64,000 bases of DNA. Source: Gemmatimonadales bacterium. GTDB taxonomy: Bacteria > Gemmatimonadota > Gemmatimonadetes > Gemmatimonadales > GWC2-71-9. Below are positions 17,653-26,437 of the stretch, in pieces. The notes beneath the pieces were generated by a model that was not told the DNA's origin, made no database searches, and saw nothing but the letters and a program-made list of their open reading frames with translations. The DNA lies in NCBI GenBank assembly GCA_036398175.1, contig DASWHL010000050.1, positions 29,571 through 93,570 of the forward strand. Direction: 5' to 3'. The position numbers and the translations under genes are program-made. The first letter of the stretch is position 1. The number at the start of each line of letters is the position of its first letter.

Positions 17653-20600
17653 CCGCGCGCGATTGGCTCGTGACGCAGGGTCGCCGCGCGCGGCGGATGG
17701 CGCTGGTGTCCACGGGGCTCGCCGCGACCGGCGCCGGCGCCGCGGTTCTCGCGGGCGGGCTGGTGCTCGAGCGCGTGGGAGTGGGCGCGAGCTTCCCGGA
17801 GCTGGCGCTCCTGCCCTGGCTAGGCGCGCTCGCCGCCGGGGCCATCGTCGTCCGGCGGTTGCTGCCGGCCGTGCGGGCCGCGTCGCCGGGACGGATCGGA
17901 CATCAGGTCGAACGCCTTGGCGCGCTGCGCGCGGGAGCGCTCGCGGGCCTCGTGGGTGACGCGCATGGCAGTCCCGCCCTGGCCCGGCTCGCGGACCGCC
18001 GCATGGCCGGCTGGCTCGAGGTCCACGGCACCGACGCCGGTCGGATGTTGGGACGGGCGCACACCCGTTCCCTCGCCGTGCACGCCTCGGCGGGATTCGC
18101 GGGGCTGGTCGTGCTCGCGGCCGCCGGCGTCGGGCACGGCCAGGCTTCGCTGTGGCGCCCCCTCGCCGCCATCCGGGAAGCGCGGGCGCCGGTGGTGCTC
18201 ACCGTAGACCGGACGCGCGTTGCTCGCGGCGACTCGGTCGTCGTGCGGGTGGACGCCGCCGGTCGGAGTGCCGCCCTGCTGCACCACCGGCGCGCCGGCC
18301 AGGCCTGGACCGGGACGAGCCTCTCCTTGCGCGAGGGGAAGGCGAGCGTCGCGATCGGCCCGCTCGACGCGGATCTCGACCTGGTCGCGGAGAGCGGGCG
18401 GCGGCGGTCGGACACGGTGCACGTGACCCTACAGCCGAGCCTGTTTCTGGCCGAGCTGGCGGTGACCGCGCGGTACCCGCGGTACCTGGAGCGACCCGAC
18501 GAGCCGCTCACCGCCCAGGGTGACACCGTGACACTGCCGGTCGGCACGGTGGTGGCGGTGCGGGGGCGCGCAACGCTGCCGCTCACCCGCGCCGCCTGGA
18601 ACGACGGCACGCGCGCGGTCCCGCTCGAGGTGGCCGGCAAGGAACTGCACGGCGGATTCAGGGTGACTCGGTCGGCCACATGGACCCTCGTGCCGACGTC
18701 GGCCGACGCCGTGCCCCTCGACGGACCGTCTCCGTCCCTCACCGTGCTGGCCATCCCGGACGCGGCGCCGCACGTGGCCTTGGTGGTCCCGAGCGCGGAC
18801 ACGGTCATGCCGACGACGCTCGTCCAGGCGCTCGTGATCGAGGCGGGCGACGACCATCGCGTCGCGCGGCTCGAGGTCGTGAGCCGGCGGGTGAGCCGCC
18901 TCGGCACGGCGGGCCCGGCGACGTCCGAGCCGGTGCCGCTCCCGGCCAACGGCCTCGAGCGCGGCGTGCTGATGGCGCAGCTCGACCTGAACCGGCGCGG
19001 GTTTCTCCCGGGCGACACGGCGTACGTCCGGGTGCGGGCCACCGACAACGCGCCGCGCCCGCAGTCCGTGGAAACCGCGGAAACCCGCCTCCGGCTCCCG
19101 TCGCTGGCGGAGCTGCGCGAGAGCGTCCGCGGCGGGGCGCGCGCCCTTGCCACCGCCGCCGATTCCCTCGCGGCGGCGCAGCGCGCGGTCGAACGGGCGG
19201 TCCAGGATCTGGCGCAGGGGCGGGTGCGCGACCCGGCGGACCGCGCGGCCGCGCAGGGGCGGTCGGGCATGGAGTTCGAGCAGGCCGAGCGCGCCGGCAC
19301 GCTCGGCCGGGAACAGCGCGAGGTCCTGGAGCGCGCGGCGGAGTTGCGCGAGCGGCTCGCCGACCTCGATCGGACGGCCTGGGAGGCGGGGCTCACCGAT
19401 CCGGCGCTGCACGCGCAGCTCGAAGAACTGCGCCGGCTCCTCGAGCGGGCGCTGACCCCGGAGCTGGAGGCCGCGCTGCGGGAGCTGGAGACGGCGCTCG
19501 AGCGCCTGGACGCCGACGCGATGCGCATGGCCCTCGAGCGCCTGGCCCAGGCGCAGGAGGCGCTGCGGCGGGAGCTGGACCGCAGCCGTTCTCTGTTCGA
19601 GCGGGCGGCGCTCGAAGGCGACCTGACGACGCTCGCCGCCGACGCGGCCGAGCTGGCGGATCGCCAGCAGGGGTGGAACGAGACCGCCGCGGGCGGCGTG
19701 GATAGCGCGGCGGCGGCGGACGAGGCGCGGCTCGCGGCGCGGGCCGACTCGCTTGCCGCCCGGTTGGCGGAGGCGCAGCGGGCGGCGGCGGAGGCCGGGG
19801 CGGAACCGCCGGCGTCGGCGGCCGACCAGGCCCGCCAGGCCGCGCGGGACATGGAGCAGGCATCCGCGGCGGCGGGACAGCGTCGGCAGCAGGCGGCGGT
19901 CGAGGCCGGGCGGCGCGCCTCCGAACGGCTGGACCCGCTGTCCGCACAGCTCACGGAGCAGCGGGACGCGCTGCGTGACGCGTGGCGTCAGGAGGTGGCG
20001 GCGGAGCTGGACGCGGCGCTGGTGGAGACCGCGCGGCTCGCGCGCACGCAGGAAGGCATCTTGAACCGCCTGAACCGCGGCGAGTCGGGCGCGGACGTGC
20101 GCGCCTCCCAGGGTGCCACGCGCGACGGCCTCGATCGCGTGATGGCGCGGGTCCAGGACGCGGCCGGCAAGAACGCCCTGGTGCCGCCGACGCTGGGAAT
20201 GGCGCTGGGCTACGCGCGGAACCGCATGGGCGCGTCGCTGGAGCAGCTCCAGCAGGGCGTGCCCAACGTTCGCGGTGCCGCCGAAGCGGCGGCCGAAGCG
20301 CTCGACGGGCTGAACCTGCTCGCCATCCAACTGCTGCGCAGCAGCGGCGACGTGTCCGGCGCGGGCTCGGGCTCGGGGCTCGCGGAGGCCGTGGAGCGCA
20401 TGGCGCAGCTGGCCGATCAGCAGGGGGAGATGGCCGGGCAGTCGGGCGGGATGCTGCCGCTCATGCAGTCCGCCGGCCAGGCGCTGATGCTGCAGCTGCG
20501 CGACCTCGCGCGCCAGCAGCGCGCGCTGGCGGCGGAGCTGGAGCGATTGCGGGGCCAGGGCGACCAGCCCGGCGCCGGGGAACTGGCCCAGGAAGCCGAA

Positions 20601-20906
20601 GCCATCGCGCGCGCGCTCGAGCGTGGGGCGCTGACGCGCGAGACCGTCGAGCGCCAGGAACAGCTCTACCGGCGGCTGCTCGATGCCGGACGCCTGCTCC
20701 GGGGTCCCGAAGCGGACGACGAGCAGGAGCGTCAGGCGACCACCGCGCAGCCGGGCAACGTGCGGCTGCCGGCGGGCCAGCGTCCGCCCGAGGCGGGCCC
20801 GCGGTACCGGTATCCCACGTGGCAGGAGCTTCAGGGCCTGTCGCCGGCGGACCGGCGCGCCGTGCTCGAGTACTTCCGGAGGCTGAACGATGCGCGGCGT
20901 CCGTAG
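17649..20906 (+). CDS. large membrane-anchored protein, DUF4175-like, with a roughly 500-aa Ala/Glu/Arg/Leu coiled-coil C-terminal half
   Basis: Start moved to ATG 17649 (ATGA overlap with the previous stop). N-terminal TM helices (LVSTGLAATGAGAAVLAGGLVL, LLPWLGALAAGAIVV). The family call is tentative. Confidence 0.65.
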   Translation: MTARDWLVTQGRRARRMALVSTGLAATGAGAAVLAGGLVLERVGVGASFPELALLPWLGALAAGAIVVRRLLPAVRAASPGRIGHQVERLGALRAGALAGLVGDAHGSPALARLADRRMAGWLEVHGTDAGRMLGRAHTRSLAVHASAGFAGLVVLAAAGVGHGQASLWRPLAAIREARAPVVLTVDRTRVARGDSVVVRVDAAGRSAALLHHRRAGQAWTGTSLSLREGKASVAIGPLDADLDLVAESGRRRSDTVHVTLQPSLFLAELAVTARYPRYLERPDEPLTAQGDTVTLPVGTVVAVRGRATLPLTRAAWNDGTRAVPLEVAGKELHGGFRVTRSATWTLVPTSADAVPLDGPSPSLTVLAIPDAAPHVALVVPSADTVMPTTLVQALVIEAGDDHRVARLEVVSRRVSRLGTAGPATSEPVPLPANGLERGVLMAQLDLNRRGFLPGDTAYVRVRATDNAPRPQSVETAETRLRLPSLAELRESVRGGARALATAADSLAAAQRAVERAVQDLAQGRVRDPADRAAAQGRSGMEFEQAERAGTLGREQREVLERAAELRERLADLDRTAWEAGLTDPALHAQLEELRRLLERALTPELEAALRELETALERLDADAMRMALERLAQAQEALRRELDRSRSLFERAALEGDLTTLAADAAELADRQQGWNETAAGGVDSAAAADEARLAARADSLAARLAEAQRAAAEAGAEPPASAADQARQAARDMEQASAAAGQRRQQAAVEAGRRASERLDPLSAQLTEQRDALRDAWRQEVAAELDAALVETARLARTQEGILNRLNRGESGADVRASQGATRDGLDRVMARVQDAAGKNALVPPTLGMALGYARNRMGASLEQLQQGVPNVRGAAEAAAEALDGLNLLAIQLLRSSGDVSGAGSGSGLAEAVERMAQLADQQGEMAGQSGGMLPLMQSAGQALMLQLRDLARQQRALAAELERLRGQGDQPGAGELAQEAEAIARALERGALTRETVERQEQLYRRLLDAGRLLRGPEADDEQERQATTAQPGNVRLPAGQRPPEAGPRYRYPTWQELQGLSPADRRAVLEYFRRLNDARRP

Positions 20907-22626
20907 CGCGCTACTCGCGGCCCTGCTCGCGGCCGGCGTCCCCGCGGCGCTGGTCTCGCAGACCGCGGACGTCGCGGCCGCGCTCGAGCTGGAGCGCCAG
21001 AGCCGGCCGCTCGACGCGGCGGACCGGTTCATGGCGGTGCTGCAACGCGACCCCGCGCACGCCGTGGCCCTGGTGGGACTCGAGCGCACGCTCCAGGCGG
21101 GCGGCGCCGTCGAGCGGATCTTCCCGTATCTCGAGCGCGCCGTGGCAGCGGCGCCGAACGAACCCCTGGCGCGCGAGATCGAGTTGCGCGTGCTGGCCAA
21201 TCTCGGTCGGGACGGCGACCTCACGGCGGCGGCCGAGCGGTGGATCGCGGTCCGGCCCGCGGCGCCCGAGCCGTATCGCGAGTGGTCCTTCCTCGTGGCG
21301 CAGCGCGGCGACCTGGTGCGGGCGCGCCAGATCCTCGAGCGCGGCCACGCGCGGGTGGGTGGCTGGGCCCTGGCCCCCGAGCTGGCACAACTCGCGGTGG
21401 CCTCCGGTCAGTGGGTGGAGGCCGCGCGGTCGTGGTACGCGGCGGCCGCGGGAAGCGGGTCGTACGCCAACGCGGCCGGGCTCAGCCTGGGACAGGTGCG
21501 GCCGGACCAGCGCGCGGCGGTGCTTCAGCTGCTGTTCGGAGAGCTGGGCGATCCGCTGGCCCGCCGCATCGCGGCGGACGCCCTGCTGGCGTGGGGCCGC
21601 GCCGGCGAGGCGTGGTCGCTGCTGGACGCAAACCTCCCGCCCGCGCCCATCGAAGCGGCCGCCGCGCTGCGGCGCTTCGCGGATCGCGCGCGGCTCGTTC
21701 CGGGCGTGGAAGGCGCCCGCGTTCGCGGCCACGCCTACCAACGGCTGGCGGGCTTCGTCTCGGGGCCCGCGGTCCAGCGCGCGCGAATTGACGCGGCGCG
21801 CGCCTTTGCCGAGGCGGGCGACCGAGCGGCGGCTGAGCGCGTGCTGGGTGACATCGCCCGCGATCCGTCCACGGCGCCCCCCGGCACGGCCGACGCCATG
21901 AGCGCCCTGATCGGCCTGCTCGCCGACGCGGGCCGGCCGGCGGACGCGGAGCGCCGCCTGGCCGACTGGGGCCAGGCCATCCCGGAGAGCGACCGCGAGG
22001 ATCTGCGCCGCCGCATCGCCTGGGCGTGGGCCCGGGCGGGGGCGCTCGGGCGGGCGGACTCCGCCCTCGGTACCGACTCGACCGTGGGGGCCGTCGCGCT
22101 GCGCGGCTGGGTCGCGCTCTTCCGCGGCGACCTGGGCCTGGCGGTGGACCGGTTCCGCGACGCGGGCCCGTTTGCGGGGTCGCGCGAGGAAGCCACCCGG
22201 CGCACCGCGGCGGCGGCACTCGCGCAGCGGCTGGGGCGCGCGCAGGCGCCCGATGTTGGGGGCGCGCTGCTGCTCGCGGTGCAGGGAGACACGGTCCGGG
22301 CCATCGCCCAGCTGGAGCGGGCGGCGGGGGGCTTCGCGCCCGCCGGGGGACGCGCCGACCTGCTGGCCTGGGCCGGTCAGCTGGCCCTCGAGAGCGCGGA
22401 CCCGCGCGCGGCACCCCTGCTGCACGCGGCCCTGGCGGCCGACTCCGTCGGCCCCACGGCTCCGGCGGCCGAGTTGGGACTGGCCGAGCTGGCGTGGCGC
22501 GGCGGGCGTCCCGACGAGGCGCGCCGCCGCCTGGAGCGCGTCATCCTCGACTATCCCGCGAGCGCGGTCGTTCCCCAGGCGCGCCGCCTGCTCGACCGCG
22601 TGCGCGGCGCGGTGCCCAACTCGTGA
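20890..22626 (+). CDS. TPR-like repeat protein with signal peptide
   Basis: 578 aa; MRGVRSALLAALLAAGVPAALVSQ, followed by Ala/Leu-rich helical repeats. Confidence 0.65.
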   Translation: MRGVRSALLAALLAAGVPAALVSQTADVAAALELERQSRPLDAADRFMAVLQRDPAHAVALVGLERTLQAGGAVERIFPYLERAVAAAPNEPLAREIELRVLANLGRDGDLTAAAERWIAVRPAAPEPYREWSFLVAQRGDLVRARQILERGHARVGGWALAPELAQLAVASGQWVEAARSWYAAAAGSGSYANAAGLSLGQVRPDQRAAVLQLLFGELGDPLARRIAADALLAWGRAGEAWSLLDANLPPAPIEAAAALRRFADRARLVPGVEGARVRGHAYQRLAGFVSGPAVQRARIDAARAFAEAGDRAAAERVLGDIARDPSTAPPGTADAMSALIGLLADAGRPADAERRLADWGQAIPESDREDLRRRIAWAWARAGALGRADSALGTDSTVGAVALRGWVALFRGDLGLAVDRFRDAGPFAGSREEATRRTAAAALAQRLGRAQAPDVGGALLLAVQGDTVRAIAQLERAAGGFAPAGGRADLLAWAGQLALESADPRAAPLLHAALAADSVGPTAPAAELGLAELAWRGGRPDEARRRLERVILDYPASAVVPQARRLLDRVRGAVPNS

Positions 22627-23927
22627 GGCGGCGCGACTTCCTCGGCGCCGTGGGGGCCGCCGTGATCGGCGGAACGCTGGATGCATCCGGTCATCCGGTC
22701 ATCCCGTCATCCCGTCCATCCTCCGCGGGATCGCTCCTCCTCCCCATGGACGACGCCCAGAGCGACCACCTCAAGGCCTACGGCCTGGTCTATCGGGCCC
22801 TGCAACGCGGCGGCACGGGGGAATGGCTGCTCAACTTCCGCGGCGGGAGCTTCCTGCTGCCGGCGGACGGGGCAACGCAGCGCGACGCGGCGCTCGCCGG
22901 CGTGCGGGCCCAGGCCGTCGGCGATGGGGACGTGACGGAGATGCGCGGCCAGATTGCCGCTTCCAACATGGACGTGATCCCGCTCGAGAAGGCGCCGCTC
23001 GTGGCGGTCTACGCGCCGCCGAACGCGGCCCCGTGGGACGATGCCGTGACGATGGCGCTGCAATACGCCGGCATCGAGTTCGCGCGCGTCTGGGATGGCG
23101 ACGTGATGCGCGGCGGCCTCCAGCGCTACGACTGGCTGCACCTGCACCACGAGGACTTTACCGGCCAGTACTCCAAGTTCTTCCTGACCTACAGCGGGAC
23201 CACGTGGCTTGGCGACATGGTGCGCCGCAATCAGGAGATGGCGCGCGGACTCGGGCTCGCGGACGTTCCCGCCCTGAAAAAGGCCGTGGCGCGCCGGATC
23301 CGGGACTACGTGGACGGCGGCGGCTTCCTGTTCGCCATGTGCGCGGCCACCGAGACGCTGGAGCTGGCGCTCGCGGCGGACGCGGTGGATATCGCGGCAC
23401 CGTTCGCGGACGGCACCCCGGTGGACCCGCAGGCCAGCGCCAAGCTCCACTGGGACCGGACGCTCGCGTTCCAGGGGGCCGAGCTGGAGCTGTCGCCCGC
23501 CATCGCGACGTTCTCGGACATTGACGGCCATCAGGTGAATCACCCGGGCCGGCGGCAGCCGCTGGGGGCGTACCGGCTGTTCGCCTTCTCGGCCAAGATT
23601 GATCCGGTGCCCACGATGCTCGTGCAGTCCCATCGCGATATCCTCCCCGACTTCTACGGGCTCACGACCTCGTTCCGGCGGGACCGGCTGAAGCCGGGGG
23701 TCACGGTACTGGCGGACGAGCAGGGCGCGCCGTGGGTGAAGTACATCCGCGGGGATTTCGGCAAGGGCACGTGGACGTTCTTCGGCGGACACGACCCCGA
23801 GGACCCGCAGCATCAGATCGGTGATCCGCCCACGGACCTGTCGCTCCACCCGCATTCGCCGGGCTACCGGCTTATCCTCAACAACGTCCTGTTCCCGGCG
23901 GCCAAGAAGCGCGAGTTGAAGACATGA
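22623..23927 (+). CDS. Tat-signal exported protein, unknown function (possible DJ-1/GATase1-like core)
   Basis: GTG 22623 (GTGA overlap); twin-arginine signal RRRDFLGAVGAAVIGG. Mature part: LLLPMDDAQSDHLKAYGLVYRAL...GGGFLFAMCAATETL. The 633-aa track ORF is an upstream over-extension. Confidence 0.7.
   Translation: MRRRDFLGAVGAAVIGGTLDASGHPVIPSSRPSSAGSLLLPMDDAQSDHLKAYGLVYRALQRGGTGEWLLNFRGGSFLLPADGATQRDAALAGVRAQAVGDGDVTEMRGQIAASNMDVIPLEKAPLVAVYAPPNAAPWDDAVTMALQYAGIEFARVWDGDVMRGGLQRYDWLHLHHEDFTGQYSKFFLTYSGTTWLGDMVRRNQEMARGLGLADVPALKKAVARRIRDYVDGGGFLFAMCAATETLELALAADAVDIAAPFADGTPVDPQASAKLHWDRTLAFQGAELELSPAIATFSDIDGHQVNHPGRRQPLGAYRLFAFSAKIDPVPTMLVQSHRDILPDFYGLTTSFRRDRLKPGVTVLADEQGAPWVKYIRGDFGKGTWTFFGGHDPEDPQHQIGDPPTDLSLHPHSPGYRLILNNVLFPAAKKRELKT
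22684..22715. repeat. 8-mer tandem array CATCCGGT x2 + CATCCCGT x2 inside CDS
   Basis: Units at 22684, 22692, 22700 and 22708. They encode the linker GHPVIPSSRPS just after the Tat signal. Confidence 0.85.
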
Positions 23928-26437
23928 GCCGCCTCCTGCCCGCGGTGCGGGACCGGATCGCGGCAGAGATCGCCGCGGCCGGCGGGCGCGAGGTGTCGTT
24001 CGCGGGCGACCTCGACGCCGAGGGCCGCGTCGTCGCCGTGCAGGTGGTGGCGCGCGGCACCATTGACGCGGTGCTCGCGCTGCCCGGGGCCGCCGAGCGC
24101 GGCCAGATGCTGCTGCACAACCACCCGAGCGGCGTGCTCGAGCCCTCGCAGGCCGACCTGTCGGTGGCCGCGCGGCTGCACGATGCCGGCGTGGGATTCG
24201 GCATCGTGTCGAACGACGCGTCCGATCTCTATGTCGTGGTGGAAATCCCGCGCCCGCGCTCCCGCGTGAGCCTCGATGCCGTCGAGGTGGCCGCGCTCCT
24301 GGGCCGGGATGGTCCGGTGGCGACGATCCTGGGCCAGTACGAGGACCGGCCCAGCCAGCGGGACATGGCCGCATTCGTGACCGATCTCTACAACGAAGGT
24401 GGCATCGCGCTCCTGGAGGCGGGGACGGGGGTGGGGAAGTCGTTCGCGTACCTCGTTCCCGCCATCCGCTGGGCCCTGGAAAACGGGGAGCGGACCGTCG
24501 TCTCGACCAACACCATCAACCTCCAGGAGCAGCTTGCGGGCAAGGACATGCCCATGCTCGCGCGCGCGTTCGCGAGTCTGGGAGCGACCCCGACGTTCGC
24601 GCTCCTCAAGGGCTGGCGGAACTACCTCTGTCTGGCGCGTCTCGACCTGGCCATGGGCGGGCAGATCTCGCTCGTCGAGGACTCGCTGGCCGGGGAGCTG
24701 GACCGGATCGGCGCCTGGGCGCGGAAGACCGCCGACGGGTCGCTCGCGGACCTCGCGGATCCGCCGCCGCCCGAGGTGTGGGACGAGGTGAGCGCGGAGC
24801 CGGATCTGTGCCCGCGCCTCAAGTGCCCGCACTTCGAGCGGTGCTTCCTGTTCGAGGCGCGCCGGCGCGCGGCCGACGCCGACGTGGTGATCGTGAACCA
24901 CCACCTGCTGGCGTCCGACCTGGCCGTGCGGCGGGCGCAGGAAAACTGGCAGGACGCCGCCGTGCTGCCGCCGTATCGCCGGCTGATCCTCGACGAGGGC
25001 CACCACCTCGAGGACACCGCGGCCCAGCACCTCGGCGCGCAGGTCACCTCGTGGGGCGTGGTCCGGCTGCTGGGGCGGCTGGAGCGGAACGGCAAGGGGC
25101 TCTTGCCCACGCTTCTCGCGGACCTGACGTCCCTCGACGACCTGATGAGCGACGCCTCGGTGACGCTGATCCGGGAGGAGCTGCTCCCCGACGTGGGCGA
25201 GGCCCGCCAGCGGGCCACGGCGGTGTTCCGGCTGCTCGCGGATCATCTCACGCAGCAGACCGCGGCCGAGCTGCGCCTCACGGACGTGTTCGCCGACGAT
25301 CCCATCTGGACGGCGGGCCTCGACCCGGCGCTGGACGGGTTGCTGCGCATCTTCGCCCGGCTCCGGGACGGGGTCGAGCTGGTGGCCGATCGGCTGGAGA
25401 TCGGCGAGGAGCCGGACCGCCGCTCGCAGCTCGTGTTGGAGCTGCGCGCCGTGGTCCGCCGGCTCCAGACCGCGAGCGACGCGCTGCTCCTGGCCCTGCG
25501 TCCCCAGGCGGGCACGCCCATCGTGCGCTGGATCGAACGGCGCGGCTCCAAGCCGCAGGGCGAGCTGCCCTTTCCCGTGGCGCTCGCGGCGGTCCCGCTC
25601 GATCTCGCGCCGCTGCTCAAGGAGTCGCTGTTCGACCGCATCGAGACCATCGTCGTCACGAGCGCGACGCTGGCGACCGGCGGGGACTTCGAATTCTACC
25701 GGGGGCGCGTGGGCCTTTCCCTTCCACCCACCAGGATCCGATACGAGGAGGTGCTGCCGTCGCCGTTCGACTTCGGCGCGCAGTGCCTGTTCGGGGTGCC
25801 CACCGACCTCGCCGACCCCCGGGGCGATCAGGTGGCTCACGATCGGGCCCTGGCGACTGTCATCATGGAGCTGGCGCACGCCTCCGACGGTGGCATGTTC
25901 GTCCTGTTCACGAGTCACGCGGCCCTGCGACGCGTGGCGGGCGCCGTCCGGGTGGGCACGGCGGGACGCTGGCCGCTCCTGGTCCAGGGGGAGGCGCCCC
26001 GGGACCTCCTGCTGCGCCGGTTCCGGGAGGCGGGCTCGGCGATCCTGTTCGGGACTGATAGCTTCTGGGAGGGGGTGGATGTCCCGGGCCGGTCCCTGCG
26101 GGCGCTGGTGCTGGCCAAGCTCCCGTTCAAGGTCCCCACGGAGCCCCTCACCGCCGCGCGCCTCGAACGGCTGGAAGCGGAAGGACTGGACGGCTTCATG
26201 CACTACCTCGTGCCGCACGCGGCGCTCAAGCTGAAGCAGGGGTTTGGCCGGCTGATCCGGACCACGACCGATCTGGGCGTGGTGGTGCTCATGGACTCGC
26301 GCGTGGTGACCAGGCGGTACGGCGGCCTGCTGCTGGCCTCGCTCCCGCCCGCGGAGCGGGTGGTCGGGCCGTGGCCCACGGTGCGCGCCGCAGCCGAAGA
26401 GTTCTTTGCCCGGCACGGGATCGGCGCGCCCGCATGA
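23924..26437 (+). CDS. dinG: JAB/RadC-like metalloprotease domain fused to a DinG/XPD-family Fe-S DNA helicase
   Basis: N-terminal 110 aa carry HNHPSGVLEPSQAD (JAMM H-x-H-x7-S-x2-D). Helicase part: AGTGVGKSF (Walker A), DEGHHLED (DEAH-type), four Cys (NYLCLARL, CPRLKCPHFERC), and C-terminal motifs SATL, GVDVPG and QGFGRLIR. Confidence 0.85.
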   Translation: MSRLLPAVRDRIAAEIAAAGGREVSFAGDLDAEGRVVAVQVVARGTIDAVLALPGAAERGQMLLHNHPSGVLEPSQADLSVAARLHDAGVGFGIVSNDASDLYVVVEIPRPRSRVSLDAVEVAALLGRDGPVATILGQYEDRPSQRDMAAFVTDLYNEGGIALLEAGTGVGKSFAYLVPAIRWALENGERTVVSTNTINLQEQLAGKDMPMLARAFASLGATPTFALLKGWRNYLCLARLDLAMGGQISLVEDSLAGELDRIGAWARKTADGSLADLADPPPPEVWDEVSAEPDLCPRLKCPHFERCFLFEARRRAADADVVIVNHHLLASDLAVRRAQENWQDAAVLPPYRRLILDEGHHLEDTAAQHLGAQVTSWGVVRLLGRLERNGKGLLPTLLADLTSLDDLMSDASVTLIREELLPDVGEARQRATAVFRLLADHLTQQTAAELRLTDVFADDPIWTAGLDPALDGLLRIFARLRDGVELVADRLEIGEEPDRRSQLVLELRAVVRRLQTASDALLLALRPQAGTPIVRWIERRGSKPQGELPFPVALAAVPLDLAPLLKESLFDRIETIVVTSATLATGGDFEFYRGRVGLSLPPTRIRYEEVLPSPFDFGAQCLFGVPTDLADPRGDQVAHDRALATVIMELAHASDGGMFVLFTSHAALRRVAGAVRVGTAGRWPLLVQGEAPRDLLLRRFREAGSAILFGTDSFWEGVDVPGRSLRALVLAKLPFKVPTEPLTAARLERLEAEGLDGFMHYLVPHAALKLKQGFGRLIRTTTDLGVVVLMDSRVVTRRYGGLLLASLPPAERVVGPWPTVRAAAEEFFARHGIGAPA

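Noticed and set aside
23924-26437. JAB-DinG as part of a phage-defence island. DinG-like helicases occur in type IV CRISPR and other defence systems.
   Set aside because: The gene is translationally coupled inside a housekeeping-type operon. No nuclease, methylase, cas, toxin or mobile-element genes flank it. It is kept only as a domain-architecture curiosity.
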